From Candidatus Helarchaeota ASGARD archaeon Hel_GB_B (GTDB lineage: Archaea > Asgardarchaeota > Lokiarchaeia > Helarchaeales > HEL-GB-B), in the NCBI GenBank assembly GCA_005191425.1, contig SUPR01000019.1, positions 1 through 32,000 on the forward strand: DNA of 32,000 nt. The letters run 5' to 3'. The number at the start of each line of letters is the position of its first letter. Position 1 is the first letter of the stretch. This document shows, in pieces, positions 9,844-20,788 of this stretch. A program made the position numbers and the translations under genes. The notes beneath the pieces are model-generated. The model searched no databases. It saw only the letters and a list, made by a program, of their open reading frames with translations, and had not been told where the DNA came from.

Positions 9844-10076
9844 ATTTCAAAATTCTAATCTCTTTTTCAAAAATAAATGCTTTTTTCTTTTATTAAGCAA
9901 TCATGGAAATAACTATAATTAAAATCTACTATAAATAATTTATTGATTTAGAGAAAATTCCTAATAATAGAAATTAGATTTTTTACATTATATGTTCAAG
10001 GCTCTAATTTGGACTAAATATGACCTATAAAAATTAATAAATTTAAAAAGAGTATTTAATATATAGAACTAATAAT

Positions 10077-10112
10077 AAATAAAATTATTAAATTAAATAA
10101 AATTATTAAATT
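10077..10112. repeat. Perfect 2 x 18 bp tandem duplication AAATAAAATTATTAAATT abutting the tyrS stop codon
   Basis: Copies at 10077-10094 and 10095-10112; pure A/T, low complexity. Confidence 0.7.
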
Positions 10113-11193
10113 ATCTTGTGATTTTTTCTTCTTTAAAAACAGAAATTAGATTTTTATTATTTTTAAAATATTCTCTGACCGGTTCTAATATTTTAATTAA
10201 GTATTCTGATACATTTTTCTTTACATCTTTAGGATGTAAATCTCCATTTTTGTAGAGGCGTTCAAATTCCTCTAATGTTACTGTAATATCTCCTCCAAAT
10301 TGTGATTTTCTTTTAATTTCAAATGTAGCGTCCTTTTTTCTCAAGATTATGTATTTTACTATTTCATAAATGGGATTTTGGTCTAATATTTTTTCTGGGC
10401 AATAAGCCTTCTTAATTTTTCTCCTAATTTCATCTGGTGAATCTAAAATGAAAATTGCTGAATCTGGTTTGCTTTTACTTTGTTTTGAGCTAATTTGCTT
10501 ATCTATATTAATGTCTACATCATATCCCATACGTTCTTGGAGAATTAAGCCCATTAGAAGATGGTGGTGCACAGCTACTGGTTTCCAAAAGCCTAGCTTT
10601 GGCCCTACTTCTCTGGCTAACATATTGACATTTCTCTGGTCCATTCCTAATTGATTTATATCTACTTCTAATTCAAAAATATCTGCACATTGGAGCGCGG
10701 GGTATAATAAATGGGCAAAAGTAAGTCCTTCGTTTTTAGTCCTGCCAAGAATGGGTAGACAACGTTGAATTCTCTTAAGAGTAGTCTTAGTAGATATCCT
10801 CATAACTTTTTCCCAATAACTTTCATTGGCAATTAAATCACTTGCATAAATATATTCAACATCATTTACTCCTAAAGCTGACCAACCCGCTTTGAAATAT
10901 TCTGCCACTTTTTTTATTTTATCTATATTACCGCCCATTTTTTTGTTTAAAAATGCATGCCAATCAGCTAATAACACTTTATACTTTATTCCTGCTTCTA
11001 TAAAATCCATCATTTTAAAAGCTGAAATTAGTCCTGTTCCTAGGTGCATCTGTCCGCTGGGCTCAAACCCGTTATAAGCAATTGGATGCTCCTTCGTCTC
11101 AAATAATTCTTTTAATTCCTTTAAATTTATTATTTCTTCAGTCGGTGGACGCTTTATCAAATTTATTTTTTCTTCAATGTCCATTTTAGTCAT
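10111..11193 (-). CDS. tyrS: Tyrosine--tRNA ligase, archaeal/eukaryotic type
   Basis: AYNGFEPSGQMHLG (HIGH), LLADWHA, LYPALQCAD, GMDQR, KQSKS in place of KMSKS, IKKAYCP, LHPKDVK. Confidence 0.95.
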   Translation of the reverse strand: MTKMDIEEKINLIKRPPTEEIINLKELKELFETKEHPIAYNGFEPSGQMHLGTGLISAFKMMDFIEAGIKYKVLLADWHAFLNKKMGGNIDKIKKVAEYFKAGWSALGVNDVEYIYASDLIANESYWEKVMRISTKTTLKRIQRCLPILGRTKNEGLTFAHLLYPALQCADIFELEVDINQLGMDQRNVNMLAREVGPKLGFWKPVAVHHHLLMGLILQERMGYDVDINIDKQISSKQSKSKPDSAIFILDSPDEIRRKIKKAYCPEKILDQNPIYEIVKYIILRKKDATFEIKRKSQFGGDITVTLEEFERLYKNGDLHPKDVKKNVSEYLIKILEPVREYFKNNKNLISVFKEEKITR

Positions 11194-11241
11194 CCTTACT
11201 ATTAGTTATTTTAAAAATTCACCAATTCTTTTAAACATTTT

Positions 11242-12072
11242 CTAATTTGATTTATTAAATTTTATGAATCCGATATTAAAACATCCTAATTGTTGCTCTT
11301 CAATATCTAAATTGCCATATAACCTTAATAGAAACTCCTTTAATTCTTGGACTATTTTATCATGAATATTTTTCGGGACTTGCGTGTGCCACGTCATACT
11401 CTGGTCTTCAAATTCTATTAAGCTTTTTTTAAGACTTTTTTTCACAGAATATGTCCCCTCAAATATTTCGATTTGCGCGTTTAATTCATTTTTAATAAAT
11501 TCAGGAATTTCAGCCCAATCTGCACCGTAATAAAAAAGTGGATATCCGTATTTTTCTCTTAATTCAAGATATTTATCATTAGACGGACATTTGTTTAGAA
11601 TTTTTTTACCTGGTCCGCCAGTGATAATAACTAGTAGTCTATTATCCTTAATACACCTTTTTACTTCTCTGATTGCATCCTTCCACCTTGGGAGAATATG
11701 AACCGCTCTTACCATTAATGATAAATCAAATTTATCTTTTTTAAATGGTAAATAATAGGCATCAGCTAAGATCATTTCTAAATCTGAATTCTTATATTTT
11801 TTCTGTAATATCTTGAGCATTTTCTTTGATATATCGATCCCAATATACTTTGGTACTAAATTTCTTAGATTTGGCAGATAACTTATTACCATTCCTGTCC
11901 CTATACCCACCTCTAATACGATAGGTCTATCTCCTTTTTTAAAGCCGGATTTCTTGAATATTAAGGATATTATTGATTGAAATGAATTTGATATTTCTCT
12001 AGTCTTATCATAAATATCCGCAAAAATATCAAAATTAAAATATTTTTTAAGATCATTAATATTTTTGTCCAT
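11242..12072 (-). CDS. Class I SAM-dependent methyltransferase (Methyltransf_11/25-like)
   Basis: VLEVGIGTG, GIDISKKML, ADAYYLPFKKDKFDL. Confidence 0.85.
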   Translation of the reverse strand: MDKNINDLKKYFNFDIFADIYDKTREISNSFQSIISLIFKKSGFKKGDRPIVLEVGIGTGMVISYLPNLRNLVPKYIGIDISKKMLKILQKKYKNSDLEMILADAYYLPFKKDKFDLSLMVRAVHILPRWKDAIREVKRCIKDNRLLVIITGGPGKKILNKCPSNDKYLELREKYGYPLFYYGADWAEIPEFIKNELNAQIEIFEGTYSVKKSLKKSLIEFEDQSMTWHTQVPKNIHDKIVQELKEFLLRLYGNLDIEEQQLGCFNIGFIKFNKSN

Positions 12073-12274
12073 AATAATATCCTTTTAACCAATTTTTTTC
12101 CTAAATTTACACAACATGATGTTTATTAATTTATAGATAAAAATATTTTTCCAAAATACACATTTTTAAATACTAAATTTTTTAACTTATTATTATAAAA
12201 AATATCTTCAATTAGACTAAAAAATTGATTAGTTATTTTCAGTATAACTGTTTAGAATATAACATCCAGATATA

Positions 12275-12439
12275 TTAACCCTTAACTTGTCCACAATCAT
12301 TAAAAAAGTCGCAAATTATGCATTCAAATCTATTCTTTTTAAAGGTCTTAAAATCCTGAAAACAAGATGGGATTGATTTTATAGTTGTTTTATGTTTATC
12401 TTTTAGTATCTTTTCTTTAATTTTTCGAGTAATTACCAT
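12275..12439 (-). CDS. Small basic protein (54 aa) with a C-x13-C-x2-C-x5-C putative metal site
   Basis: ATG at 12439 with GGTGG at 12445-12449, in frame with the 70-aa track ORF. Sequence MVITRKIKEKILKDKHKTTIKSIPSCFQDFKTFKKNRFECIICDFFNDCGQVKG. Confidence 0.55.
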   Translation of the reverse strand: MVITRKIKEKILKDKHKTTIKSIPSCFQDFKTFKKNRFECIICDFFNDCGQVKG

Positions 12440-12769
12440 AAATTCCACCACAAGTATTCGATAAAGAAATATATATAAACACATCAATTCTTAAAAATTT
12501 GATAAAAGATCAAACCAAAATATAAAAATATCCAATAGAAATTGATTTCTAATCATAATTCTTGAAATTTAAAAAAAAAATAAAATAAAGATTAAAGTGA
12601 TAAAATATAATAAGCTTAGTTAATAATTTAAATATAAAGACCAAATAAAAAATAACATAAAAGACTTAATTTTTACCAAAATTAAAAGAAATAATCTACA
12701 TCTAATATATATTCTATTAAAAATAATAAATAAAAAGATTCTTTATTATGCTCTTCTATTCTAATTAAT

Positions 12770-13522
12770 TTACACATGGCGATCTACTAAAATTCTTGCA
12801 TTTTCAGGGCAATGAGACACACATAGTCCACAACCTTTACATAATTTTAAATTTGTTTCTACTTTTTTATCGTTAGTAAATTTAATAGCATTAAATTGGC
12901 AATAATCGATACATATTCCACACCCTGAATATTTTTCCACATTATATTGGACAATAAAATCTGATGGTTTAATTAAATAGGTTTGTTCTCCAAATAGTTT
13001 ATAGGTATTCAAAACCACACAACAACAAGAACAGCAATTACATATGACATAGAAAAAGTCTTTATTCGGGAAGTGACTTAATTGGTGTACCAATCCCCAT
13101 TCATCAGCTAACTTTAGTATTTTAAAAATTTCTTCTTTTGAAATTTTCATATTAAACCCGGCATTATCTATTTCTTCTAGGTTTTGTCCTCTTGCTAGTA
13201 TAATACATGTATGGACTGGAGCTTTGCAATTTTTATCATGATAAAAAAGTGTCCTACAAAAGCAATCTGTAATGCCTACAACTTCTGCACGTTGGACCAA
13301 CTCATAAATTTCTTGTGATGGTCTTACCTCTACTTCAGTCGAAATGGTCTGCTTTACAGGAATTACACGTCCTCCCTACACATTATGAATTTTTCGATAA
13401 AAATAATACCTGAAATTTTTAATAAATAGTTTTTTAATAATTCTGACAAAAGTTAGCATCGGAATTTCTAAAAATTTTCCGAAATAAGTGGAAAATCTTC
13501 TTTTAATAGATGCATTTTTCAT
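12770..13522 (-). pseudogene. Multi-Cys Fe-S / 4Fe-4S dicluster-domain protein interrupted by an in-frame TAG at codon 49 (nonsense allele or amber readthrough)
   Basis: ATG at 13522 behind GGAGA, 48 codons, TAG at 13378-13376, then the same frame continues GGRVIPVKQTISTEVEVRPSQEIYELVQRAEVVGITDCFCR into track ORF 12770-13300 (CFCR, CNCCSCCC, YSGCGICIDYC, CKGCGLCVSHCP). Confidence 0.7.
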
Positions 13523-13538
13523 TATAATCTCCAAATTC

Positions 13539-14711
13539 TTAAAATTTAATGGGATAGACCCCATATTTTTTTGTAATATTGAGCATACCTTCAATATAAT
13601 TCGCCGGAATCGTATTAGGTGGAATAGAATGGTCTGCAGCCATAATAAATCCTCCGCCAGGTCCTAAATTCTTTATTAATTTTATTGTATAATCTTTAAC
13701 TTCCTCTATTGTCCCATTTGTTAATAAAGGCATTGGGACATTTCCGACAAGCGTGATTTTATCTCCAAATTTTTCATGAATTTCAAAAATATCCATTGGA
13801 ACTGTAGACTGTATCGGGTTTAAGCCATCAAATCCGCTTTCAATGAAATCCGGGATTAATTTTCTGATATTACCACATGAGTGCAAAATAATTTTAGAGC
13901 CATTTTTATGGACAACATTACAAATTTTTTTGTGCCATGGATAAATATACTTCTGTAAAAATTTTGGAGACATAATTGGCCCTAATTTCTCACCAAGATC
14001 TTCGCTTAACCATATAATTTCTGGCGGTGGGTCTATTTCCATAAATCTTTTAATTTTTTCAAAAGTATAAGAGCCGCTATCTTCAAAAACTCGTTTAATA
14101 AATTTTTGTTCTTGATATAGTAATTTTGTAAATAATTCCATCCCAAATCCATTCCAAATTCGACCGAAAATTTCTCCAAAAGATGGTAAAATTACAATCT
14201 CATTGACCTTTTTTCTAATTTTTTGGTATCCATTAATTATTTGGTCAATTTTTGGATCATCAGCACTTGGTATATCCCATTCATCATAATCTTCTTTACT
14301 TGTCCAATATCCTCCCACATAATAAAAACTCTCTGCTCCCTCAGGTAATTTTTGTATTTTCATTTTTGACCCCCAATCAGTTACAATTGTATTTTTATCG
14401 AGAAACTTAATATAAAGTGGTGGATTTGCCATAAAATATGTCAAATCTGCCCCTAAATTCTCATAAAATTTATAAAGCTTTAGTAGATAATTTTCTCGAA
14501 TAGGTGTCAATTTTCTATAAAACCAACTAAGGATATGCCTCCACCCAATCAACCAACTCACAACATTTATTATTGACTTTAAACTTGATATTATTTGAGG
14601 ACCATCATACATTTCAATTATCTTAATGGAATCAATTAGGTCTCCAAAAATTGGTATTCTATCTGGTTCTTTATGTTCTAATGTAGTTATAACCCGATCT
14701 AAAGAATTCAT
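13539..14711 (-). CDS. Uroporphyrinogen decarboxylase / MtaA-CmuA-like family protein (URO-D-like TIM barrel)
   Basis: N-terminal DRVITTLEHKEPDRIP, SEDLG...GPIMSP, LHSCGN, LNPIQ, GNVP, GPGGGFIMAADHSIP. Confidence 0.85.
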   Translation of the reverse strand: MNSLDRVITTLEHKEPDRIPIFGDLIDSIKIIEMYDGPQIISSLKSIINVVSWLIGWRHILSWFYRKLTPIRENYLLKLYKFYENLGADLTYFMANPPLYIKFLDKNTIVTDWGSKMKIQKLPEGAESFYYVGGYWTSKEDYDEWDIPSADDPKIDQIINGYQKIRKKVNEIVILPSFGEIFGRIWNGFGMELFTKLLYQEQKFIKRVFEDSGSYTFEKIKRFMEIDPPPEIIWLSEDLGEKLGPIMSPKFLQKYIYPWHKKICNVVHKNGSKIILHSCGNIRKLIPDFIESGFDGLNPIQSTVPMDIFEIHEKFGDKITLVGNVPMPLLTNGTIEEVKDYTIKLIKNLGPGGGFIMAADHSIPPNTIPANYIEGMLNITKKYGVYPIKF

Positions 14712-14947
14712 TTTTAATCATTCAGTTTGTTATTTATACTTTAAAATAAAATTTTAATTTAAAATGGGATTTAAAAATAATTTATTAGTCATACAGTGTT
14801 ATTCGAGTATTTATAAATTATTAATGGTATTAATTTTATAATTATTAAGCACTTTTTTTAAAAAATCTAAATTATAAAGAATGTTTTTGTAATTTTATAA
14901 CTTTTTATAATATTGGAAGACATAATCATAAAAGTATCTTGGATTTA

Positions 14948-17900
14948 TTACTCCAAATCTCCTTCTAAATTAATAATTATGTTTTTTAACTCATTTAATC
15001 TATCTTGGGAAGTGTTCCAATATCCACGATTTTCTGACTCTACTAATAATTCACAAATTTTCATAGTGGCGTATGGATTATTTTCAAGCAATTTTTTTCG
15101 CAATTTTTCATTAAAAATCAAATTATTTGCTACTTCGTCAAAGACCCAATTTTCTACTTTATGAGTTGTGGCTGCAAATCCTAATAAATGCTCTATTCTA
15201 TCTTTGATTTTTTTAGTTCCATGGAATTCATGTTTTAACATACCTTTAATCCATTTTGGGTTTAATATTCTAGTCCTTACTGAGCGTTCAATGCTAATTT
15301 TCAAATCTTCGACAATCACTTCCTCTTCTGTAGAATCAATTATCAGTTCGTCGCTATTTTCTCCCCTAACATCTTGAACTGTCCTTGATAATCCCCCTAA
15401 AAATTCATAATAATGGTCTAAATCTGTTATTTCATATTCTATATTATCTCTTTCTTGGGTTATTAAATTTATATTTTTTAAATTGTTGGCAAAAGCTTGT
15501 TCATTTTTTATAATTTTACCTTGAAAATATAAATAGCTCATACTCTCTTTATAACTTTTTACAAGGTCTTTTTCATCTTTCCAGGCACTATTTTCTACTA
15601 GCGTTCTCATAGCAGTGGCATATTCTGTAGGTGATGGACCAAAAATTCTAGCCATTGCAAAATCTTTCAGGTCTTTTTTCATTTTAAGGTAATGTTTTTT
15701 GATATAATTTTTTTCAATGTCTTCATCAAGATTTGCGACCATTTCAATTGCTCGGTTTATCAACTCTATGTGTGTCATAAATGTGTCGCGAAAAATACCA
15801 CATATTGTAATGACAACATCTATTCTTGGCCTTTTAAGGTCTTCTAGTGGTATAACTTTAAGTTCTTTAAACCACGGATTCTTTTTATGTAAAATTTCCA
15901 CGCCAAGAAGTGATAGGATAGTCGCGATAGTATCCCCTCCGGTTTTCATAGTCTCAAAACCCCATAAAACAATTCCGATGCTTTCTGGAAATTTTTCATA
16001 TTTATCAAAATATGATTGGATTAATAATTCTGCTGCCTTTTTGCCCCTTAATTCTGCAATTACAGTTGGAATTTGTCTAGGATCAAAGGCATACATTGCT
16101 CTACCTGATGGATATACATCGGGATCTCTGATAGGATCACCGCCCCGATATGGAAATATATATCTTCCTTCTAAAGATTTTAATAGACTTGTACTCTCAT
16201 CAAATTTTTCAATTCCTCTAAAAATATCATTTACATAATTAATATAATTTTTAGGAATCCATTTAGGAATATTTTTGTTCTCTATGATACTCTCTATAAC
16301 TTTAAATGCTTCTTTTTCTATTGATTTAGAGATTTTACTATCTTTAATTTTTTCCCAATCCAAATTTTTCTGCTTGGAAACTAATTTAAAAATTGATGGG
16401 AATTCTCGGTCTATTCTTAAAGTGCTAAGCAAATATTCTAGTAATTCTTTTTTATTATATTTTCTGTCCATTATGTGTAGTCCATAAGGGATAAGTCTTC
16501 TACGCATTCTATATATTTCTTTTTTTAGCTGTCTAATTTCTAAAGGTAAATTTAATTCACTTGCCGTTTCTAGAATTAATTCCAAAGTCTTTTCATCGTT
16601 ACTACTTTCATATTGGTCCAATAATTCATCAAGGACTAAATATTTTTCATATAATCCCGAATATGTCATTGGTGGTGATGCATGAGAAATACATAACGCA
16701 TAAGAACGTCTTTTTGCTATTGTAGATTCAGATGTATTCCCAATCCAATAATAATATATATGTGGCAGATTTCCAATTAAAATATCTGGGAAACAGTTTC
16801 TTGATAGAGCTACCTCTTTTCCTTTAGTAAATTCTAGCGTTCCGTGCATTCCAAAATGAATTATTGCATCTGCATTGAATTCATTCTCAATATAGCGGTA
16901 AAATGCAAGATATTGATGATGGGGCGGTAAATCTTTGTCATGATATGCTTTATCCAGGTCTTCATGAACTCCGCGTGAAGGTTGAATACCCAAGAAAATA
17001 TTTCCCAATATTATCCCTGGAATTATTATATTATTCCCGTTTGTCATTATCATTCCAGGTGGCTCTCCCCATTTTTCAATTACCTCATTTTGTATTTCTT
17101 TTGATAGGCTTTTAAACCATTTTATATAATTTTCCAAAGAAATTTTCAATCCTTTTTTTTCAATATATCTTGGAGAATTTACAAGCCCTTTTGACAAAAA
17201 TAAATCTTTTAAATCTTGGTCTGGGATCTCTACATTATACCCTGCAGATTTCAGCTTGTTTAAAAAGATTTCCAGACTTTTAAAAACATCTAAATATCCT
17301 GCATTTCCGACATTTTCTTCACCTGGCGGATAATTATAAGTAATTATTGCAATTTTCTTATCGGAATTTGCTTTCATTCTTAAATTTATCCATTTTAAAA
17401 TTCTATTGCATAACTTTTGGACTCCATCTTCTAATACTGCAATTTTTTTTATCTTTCCCAATTCATTGTCAATATCGCTTTTAAGAAGTCCAATTATTAT
17501 TGGTTCAATACCGCCATCTAATTCTGGTAATATTATTCCTAGTGCAACTTCAAGAGGATTTAAGCCATTTTTATCCATTTGCCAGTTATCTATTTCAGTT
17601 TCATATGAACTTAATCCAATTAAATAAGGAGAATCATTTTTTATTAAAAAATCATAAGTTGGCTCGGGTTCTCCCCCATAGGGCCCACCATGAATCCTAA
17701 AATATTGCAAATTTAAAAATAAATCAGTATATTTCAGATACTTATTAATAGCAAAAATATTGTACTCTACTTTTGAAAATACAATTATTAAATTAACTTT
17801 GTCTTTTAAATGATTAAAGATACTATCTACTAAAGGCCTATTATCATCAAAATGCATTCCACCATAAAATAAGATCCCTACTGATGGTCTATTACTATTA

Positions 17901-18553
17901 AATTTGATTTTATTTTTGTATTCAGTTAAATCTTCAAAAAATCCTACTTGTGGAAGATAAAGGCCAAATGGCGGTTGCTTTTTTGGTGGTGGTACCTTTT
18001 TTATTTGTTTCATATTTGCATAATTTTTTAATAAAAATAAGATAAGATTTTTTAGATTCTCAGTTCCGCCCTCAGCAAAGTATTCTTGGGCTAAAATCCA
18101 ATTTCTCATATCTTTTAATATACCAATTGGTAAAATTCGACCTAATTTCTTGGTAAATTCTGAAATTTTTTGCATTTTTAAAAATTTATGTATATCAAAT
18201 TCCACATCTTTATTGGGTTTAAAAATCATACTACCTTTAAATTTTCCCATATTTAGAAAGGAATAGATTTGCTGACTTCCTGCAACTAAAACAACAATGG
18301 TTTTGTCTAACCCTTTCAATAAACTTGATAACTCTCTTCCTACTCTAATATCGCCCCTAATATCAATAAGAATGATATCTGATTCAATTATTTTATTCTT
18401 TATTTCTTGTAGTGAAATATTGTTGTTTTCAAATTCATCAAAATAAACTTTATGCACCTCAACAATTTTACCATATTCTAACTTTATCTCATTAATTGCT
18501 TCTTTTAAGCTAGTTGTATTATTTATTGTAGTTAATGCCAAGATTCGTTTCAC
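14948..18553 (-). CDS. cobN: CobN/ChlH-family class I metal chelatase large subunit
   Basis: 1201 aa. [82 protein letters not shown]. The GTG start overlaps the upstream TGA (GTGA). Metal specificity is not established from sequence. Confidence 0.88.
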   Translation of the reverse strand: MKRILALTTINNTTSLKEAINEIKLEYGKIVEVHKVYFDEFENNNISLQEIKNKIIESDIILIDIRGDIRVGRELSSLLKGLDKTIVVLVAGSQQIYSFLNMGKFKGSMIFKPNKDVEFDIHKFLKMQKISEFTKKLGRILPIGILKDMRNWILAQEYFAEGGTENLKNLILFLLKNYANMKQIKKVPPPKKQPPFGLYLPQVGFFEDLTEYKNKIKFNSNRPSVGILFYGGMHFDDNRPLVDSIFNHLKDKVNLIIVFSKVEYNIFAINKYLKYTDLFLNLQYFRIHGGPYGGEPEPTYDFLIKNDSPYLIGLSSYETEIDNWQMDKNGLNPLEVALGIILPELDGGIEPIIIGLLKSDIDNELGKIKKIAVLEDGVQKLCNRILKWINLRMKANSDKKIAIITYNYPPGEENVGNAGYLDVFKSLEIFLNKLKSAGYNVEIPDQDLKDLFLSKGLVNSPRYIEKKGLKISLENYIKWFKSLSKEIQNEVIEKWGEPPGMIMTNGNNIIIPGIILGNIFLGIQPSRGVHEDLDKAYHDKDLPPHHQYLAFYRYIENEFNADAIIHFGMHGTLEFTKGKEVALSRNCFPDILIGNLPHIYYYWIGNTSESTIAKRRSYALCISHASPPMTYSGLYEKYLVLDELLDQYESSNDEKTLELILETASELNLPLEIRQLKKEIYRMRRRLIPYGLHIMDRKYNKKELLEYLLSTLRIDREFPSIFKLVSKQKNLDWEKIKDSKISKSIEKEAFKVIESIIENKNIPKWIPKNYINYVNDIFRGIEKFDESTSLLKSLEGRYIFPYRGGDPIRDPDVYPSGRAMYAFDPRQIPTVIAELRGKKAAELLIQSYFDKYEKFPESIGIVLWGFETMKTGGDTIATILSLLGVEILHKKNPWFKELKVIPLEDLKRPRIDVVITICGIFRDTFMTHIELINRAIEMVANLDEDIEKNYIKKHYLKMKKDLKDFAMARIFGPSPTEYATAMRTLVENSAWKDEKDLVKSYKESMSYLYFQGKIIKNEQAFANNLKNINLITQERDNIEYEITDLDHYYEFLGGLSRTVQDVRGENSDELIIDSTEEEVIVEDLKISIERSVRTRILNPKWIKGMLKHEFHGTKKIKDRIEHLLGFAATTHKVENWVFDEVANNLIFNEKLRKKLLENNPYATMKICELLVESENRGYWNTSQDRLNELKNIIINLEGDLE

Positions 18554-20337
18554 ATTATCTCCTCCAAATAAAAGTGTGATGCGTTAAATATCTTGGATAT
18601 CTTTTCGAGTATTCCTATACTTTTATACCTATTTTCTGCATTGATAATTACAAAATTTGTATTATTTGAAATTGAATTAAGAAATTTAATGTCTTCATCG
18701 ATATTATTTTTTATAAATACATTACCTTTACCATCTGAAATCAATACTATAGTTGGAGTATTATTTTTATATTTATTAGCCAATTCAATTGCTTTATATA
18801 GAGCTATAGTCAATGGAGTTTTACCACCAGTAGGTAGGTCCTGTAAAGCTTCTTCTATTTTTATCATATCTCTAGTGGGATTAACTAAAATACGTGCATT
18901 TTCTCCCCTAAATGATATAAGACCTACTTTATTTTTTCCTTCATAGGACTTTTTAAGGAGAAGCCACGACAATGTTTTGGCGAATTTTATTTTTTTATCG
19001 ATTCTCATTGACGAAGATGAATCCAATAATATTATGTATAGCGAGCTACTTTTCCCAATTCGTATTTTTTCCATTAAATGTTCAGGTAATATTTCCAATT
19101 TCCCGTTTTCTCTCACAGATTTTCTAATAGTAGCATCTATGGCAATATTTTTAGGTTTATCACTATTTCTTGCTTTAATATATAGTCCTCGCTCACTGTT
19201 AATCTTGAATAAATCTTTACCTTTAGATATCCCGTATATTTTTGAATTTAATAAATTATTTTTAATCTCACCTTGTCTATCAAAATCAAATACTTCTTCA
19301 TTAACTTTAGTCCTAATCATTTTCTGAATAGATTCAGGTGTAAGTTGTTTTCTTTTATCAAAAGGATCTTGCCTTAATCTATGGTTTAATGCTAATTGAG
19401 TTGCTTCTATTAAATCATTTTCAATTACATAATTTCTTCCATCTAATGCCATTAAGGCTTTTATTACTTTTTCCATTACAATATCTGCTCGATGCGTTTT
19501 TATACCCAAGGATATCGTAATTTCTACTATTTTTTCAAGAATTTCATCAGGAATGTCTATAATATCTATATTCATTTGGGCTTTCGCTATTTTTTCTCTT
19601 AATCTATCAATTTCATTTTTAAATTTACTTTCAAATTTCCATGGATCTTTATCAAATTCTGATCTATATTTTACAACTTTCATTCTATCTTCTTTATTAC
19701 TTAGCGCTGATATATTAACGCAAAGCCCAAACCTGTCCAATAATTGAGGCCTCAAATCTCCTTCTTCTGGGTTCATCGTCCCGACTAATATAAATCTTGA
19801 TGGATGATATATGGAAATCCCTTCTCGTTCAATTATATTAACGCCCATTGCAGCTGCATCTAATAAAATGTTTGCAAGATGATCGTCAAGTAAATTCACT
19901 TCATCAATATACAATATATTCCTGTTAGCTTTTGCCAATATTCCAGGTTCTAAAGCCTTTACTCCTTCTTTAAGTGCCTTCTTTATGTCTATTGTTCCTA
20001 CGACCATATCTTCAGTTGCAGATAATGGCATATCTATAATCTCCATTCTCCGTTCTATCCACGGTAATTTTCCTTCTTCCTTAAATCTTTTCTGACATGT
20101 AGGACACATTAATCTTAAATTTTCCGGATCGCAATTAAACGGACAATCCTTAACAACTTTTATTTTTGGTAATAAATCCATTAATGCACGGACTGCTGTC
20201 GATTTTCCTGTCCCTTTATCACCATTAATTAGTACTCCACCTATTAATGGGTCAATAGCATTAATCAATAATGCTTTTTTCATTAAATCTTGTCCAATTA
20301 TTGCTGTAAATGGGAAAATTACAAATTTATGGTTCAA
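18550..20337 (-). CDS. Chelatase AAA+ subunit, ChlI-type ATPase fused to a VWA domain (ChlD/BchD-like)
   Basis: FPFTAIIGQ, Walker [49 protein letters not shown]; VWA MIDAS DSSSSM, GGKTPL, ISDG. TTG start with GGTGA upstream. Confidence 0.9.
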   Translation of the reverse strand: MNHKFVIFPFTAIIGQDLMKKALLINAIDPLIGGVLINGDKGTGKSTAVRALMDLLPKIKVVKDCPFNCDPENLRLMCPTCQKRFKEEGKLPWIERRMEIIDMPLSATEDMVVGTIDIKKALKEGVKALEPGILAKANRNILYIDEVNLLDDHLANILLDAAAMGVNIIEREGISIYHPSRFILVGTMNPEEGDLRPQLLDRFGLCVNISALSNKEDRMKVVKYRSEFDKDPWKFESKFKNEIDRLREKIAKAQMNIDIIDIPDEILEKIVEITISLGIKTHRADIVMEKVIKALMALDGRNYVIENDLIEATQLALNHRLRQDPFDKRKQLTPESIQKMIRTKVNEEVFDFDRQGEIKNNLLNSKIYGISKGKDLFKINSERGLYIKARNSDKPKNIAIDATIRKSVRENGKLEILPEHLMEKIRIGKSSSLYIILLDSSSSMRIDKKIKFAKTLSWLLLKKSYEGKNKVGLISFRGENARILVNPTRDMIKIEEALQDLPTGGKTPLTIALYKAIELANKYKNNTPTIVLISDGKGNVFIKNNIDEDIKFLNSISNNTNFVIINAENRYKSIGILEKISKIFNASHFYLEEIM

Positions 20338-20348
20338 TAAAATTCACC

Positions 20349-20376
20349 GTAATACTGTCACTTTACACAGTAATAC
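20349..20376. promoter_or_regulatory. 28-bp GTA...TAC operator-like site upstream of the chelatase operon
   Basis: GTAATA-N16-TAATAC. GTAATACT is directly repeated at 20349 and 20370 (21-bp spacing), and an inner inverted repeat TACTGT/ACAGTA lies at 20353-20358 and 20367-20372. Confidence 0.45.
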
Positions 20377-20788
20377 TCAAATGTATTTATGAAAATATCG
20401 TTTAATTAATTGAAAACCATATTAAATAAAAATTAATTAAAAATTTTATATATTGGCATAACTCTTTAAGGTTAATTTTACTTTACAATGAAATATGGCT
20501 ATTAATTATAATAATTAAATGATTAATTGATTATATTACTATAATTTCGCTAAATATAATAAATGTTAGAACATATTTTCCTATTTATTGCTAAAAAGTT
20601 ACAAATTGAACTGAAATTTCAAAAAATCTAATAAAATACTTTGATAATTTTCTATAAACAAAATTAACTCTACAATTTGTAAATTTCAAAAGATTAATTA
20701 AAATATAATTGTTATTTTAAATCGAAAAATTAATTTAGTATAATATTTTTTATTATTTAATCAATACCAACTAAATCGACGAAATAAA

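Noticed and set aside
10448-11077. Two short plus-strand ORFs (68 and 61 aa)
   Set aside because: Antisense shadows within tyrS.
12488-12769. Possible decayed membrane-protein gene in an A-rich intergenic region
   Set aside because: Minus-strand frames give only short hydrophobic fragments, as expected from T-rich DNA; there is no coherent ORF.
13376-13594. 72-aa ORF as an independent gene
   Set aside because: Better explained as the 5' part of the TAG-interrupted Fe-S gene; its first codons overlap the UroD-like gene.
14913-19747. Ten plus-strand ORFs of 64-173 aa
   Set aside because: All are antisense to cobN or the AAA/VWA gene, with Ser/Ile/Phe-rich composition typical of reverse-strand shadows and no recognisable motifs.
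20599-20681. TACAA-T-TTGTA palindrome at 20671-20681 and a similar word near 20600
   Set aside because: Too short and AT-rich to distinguish from chance.
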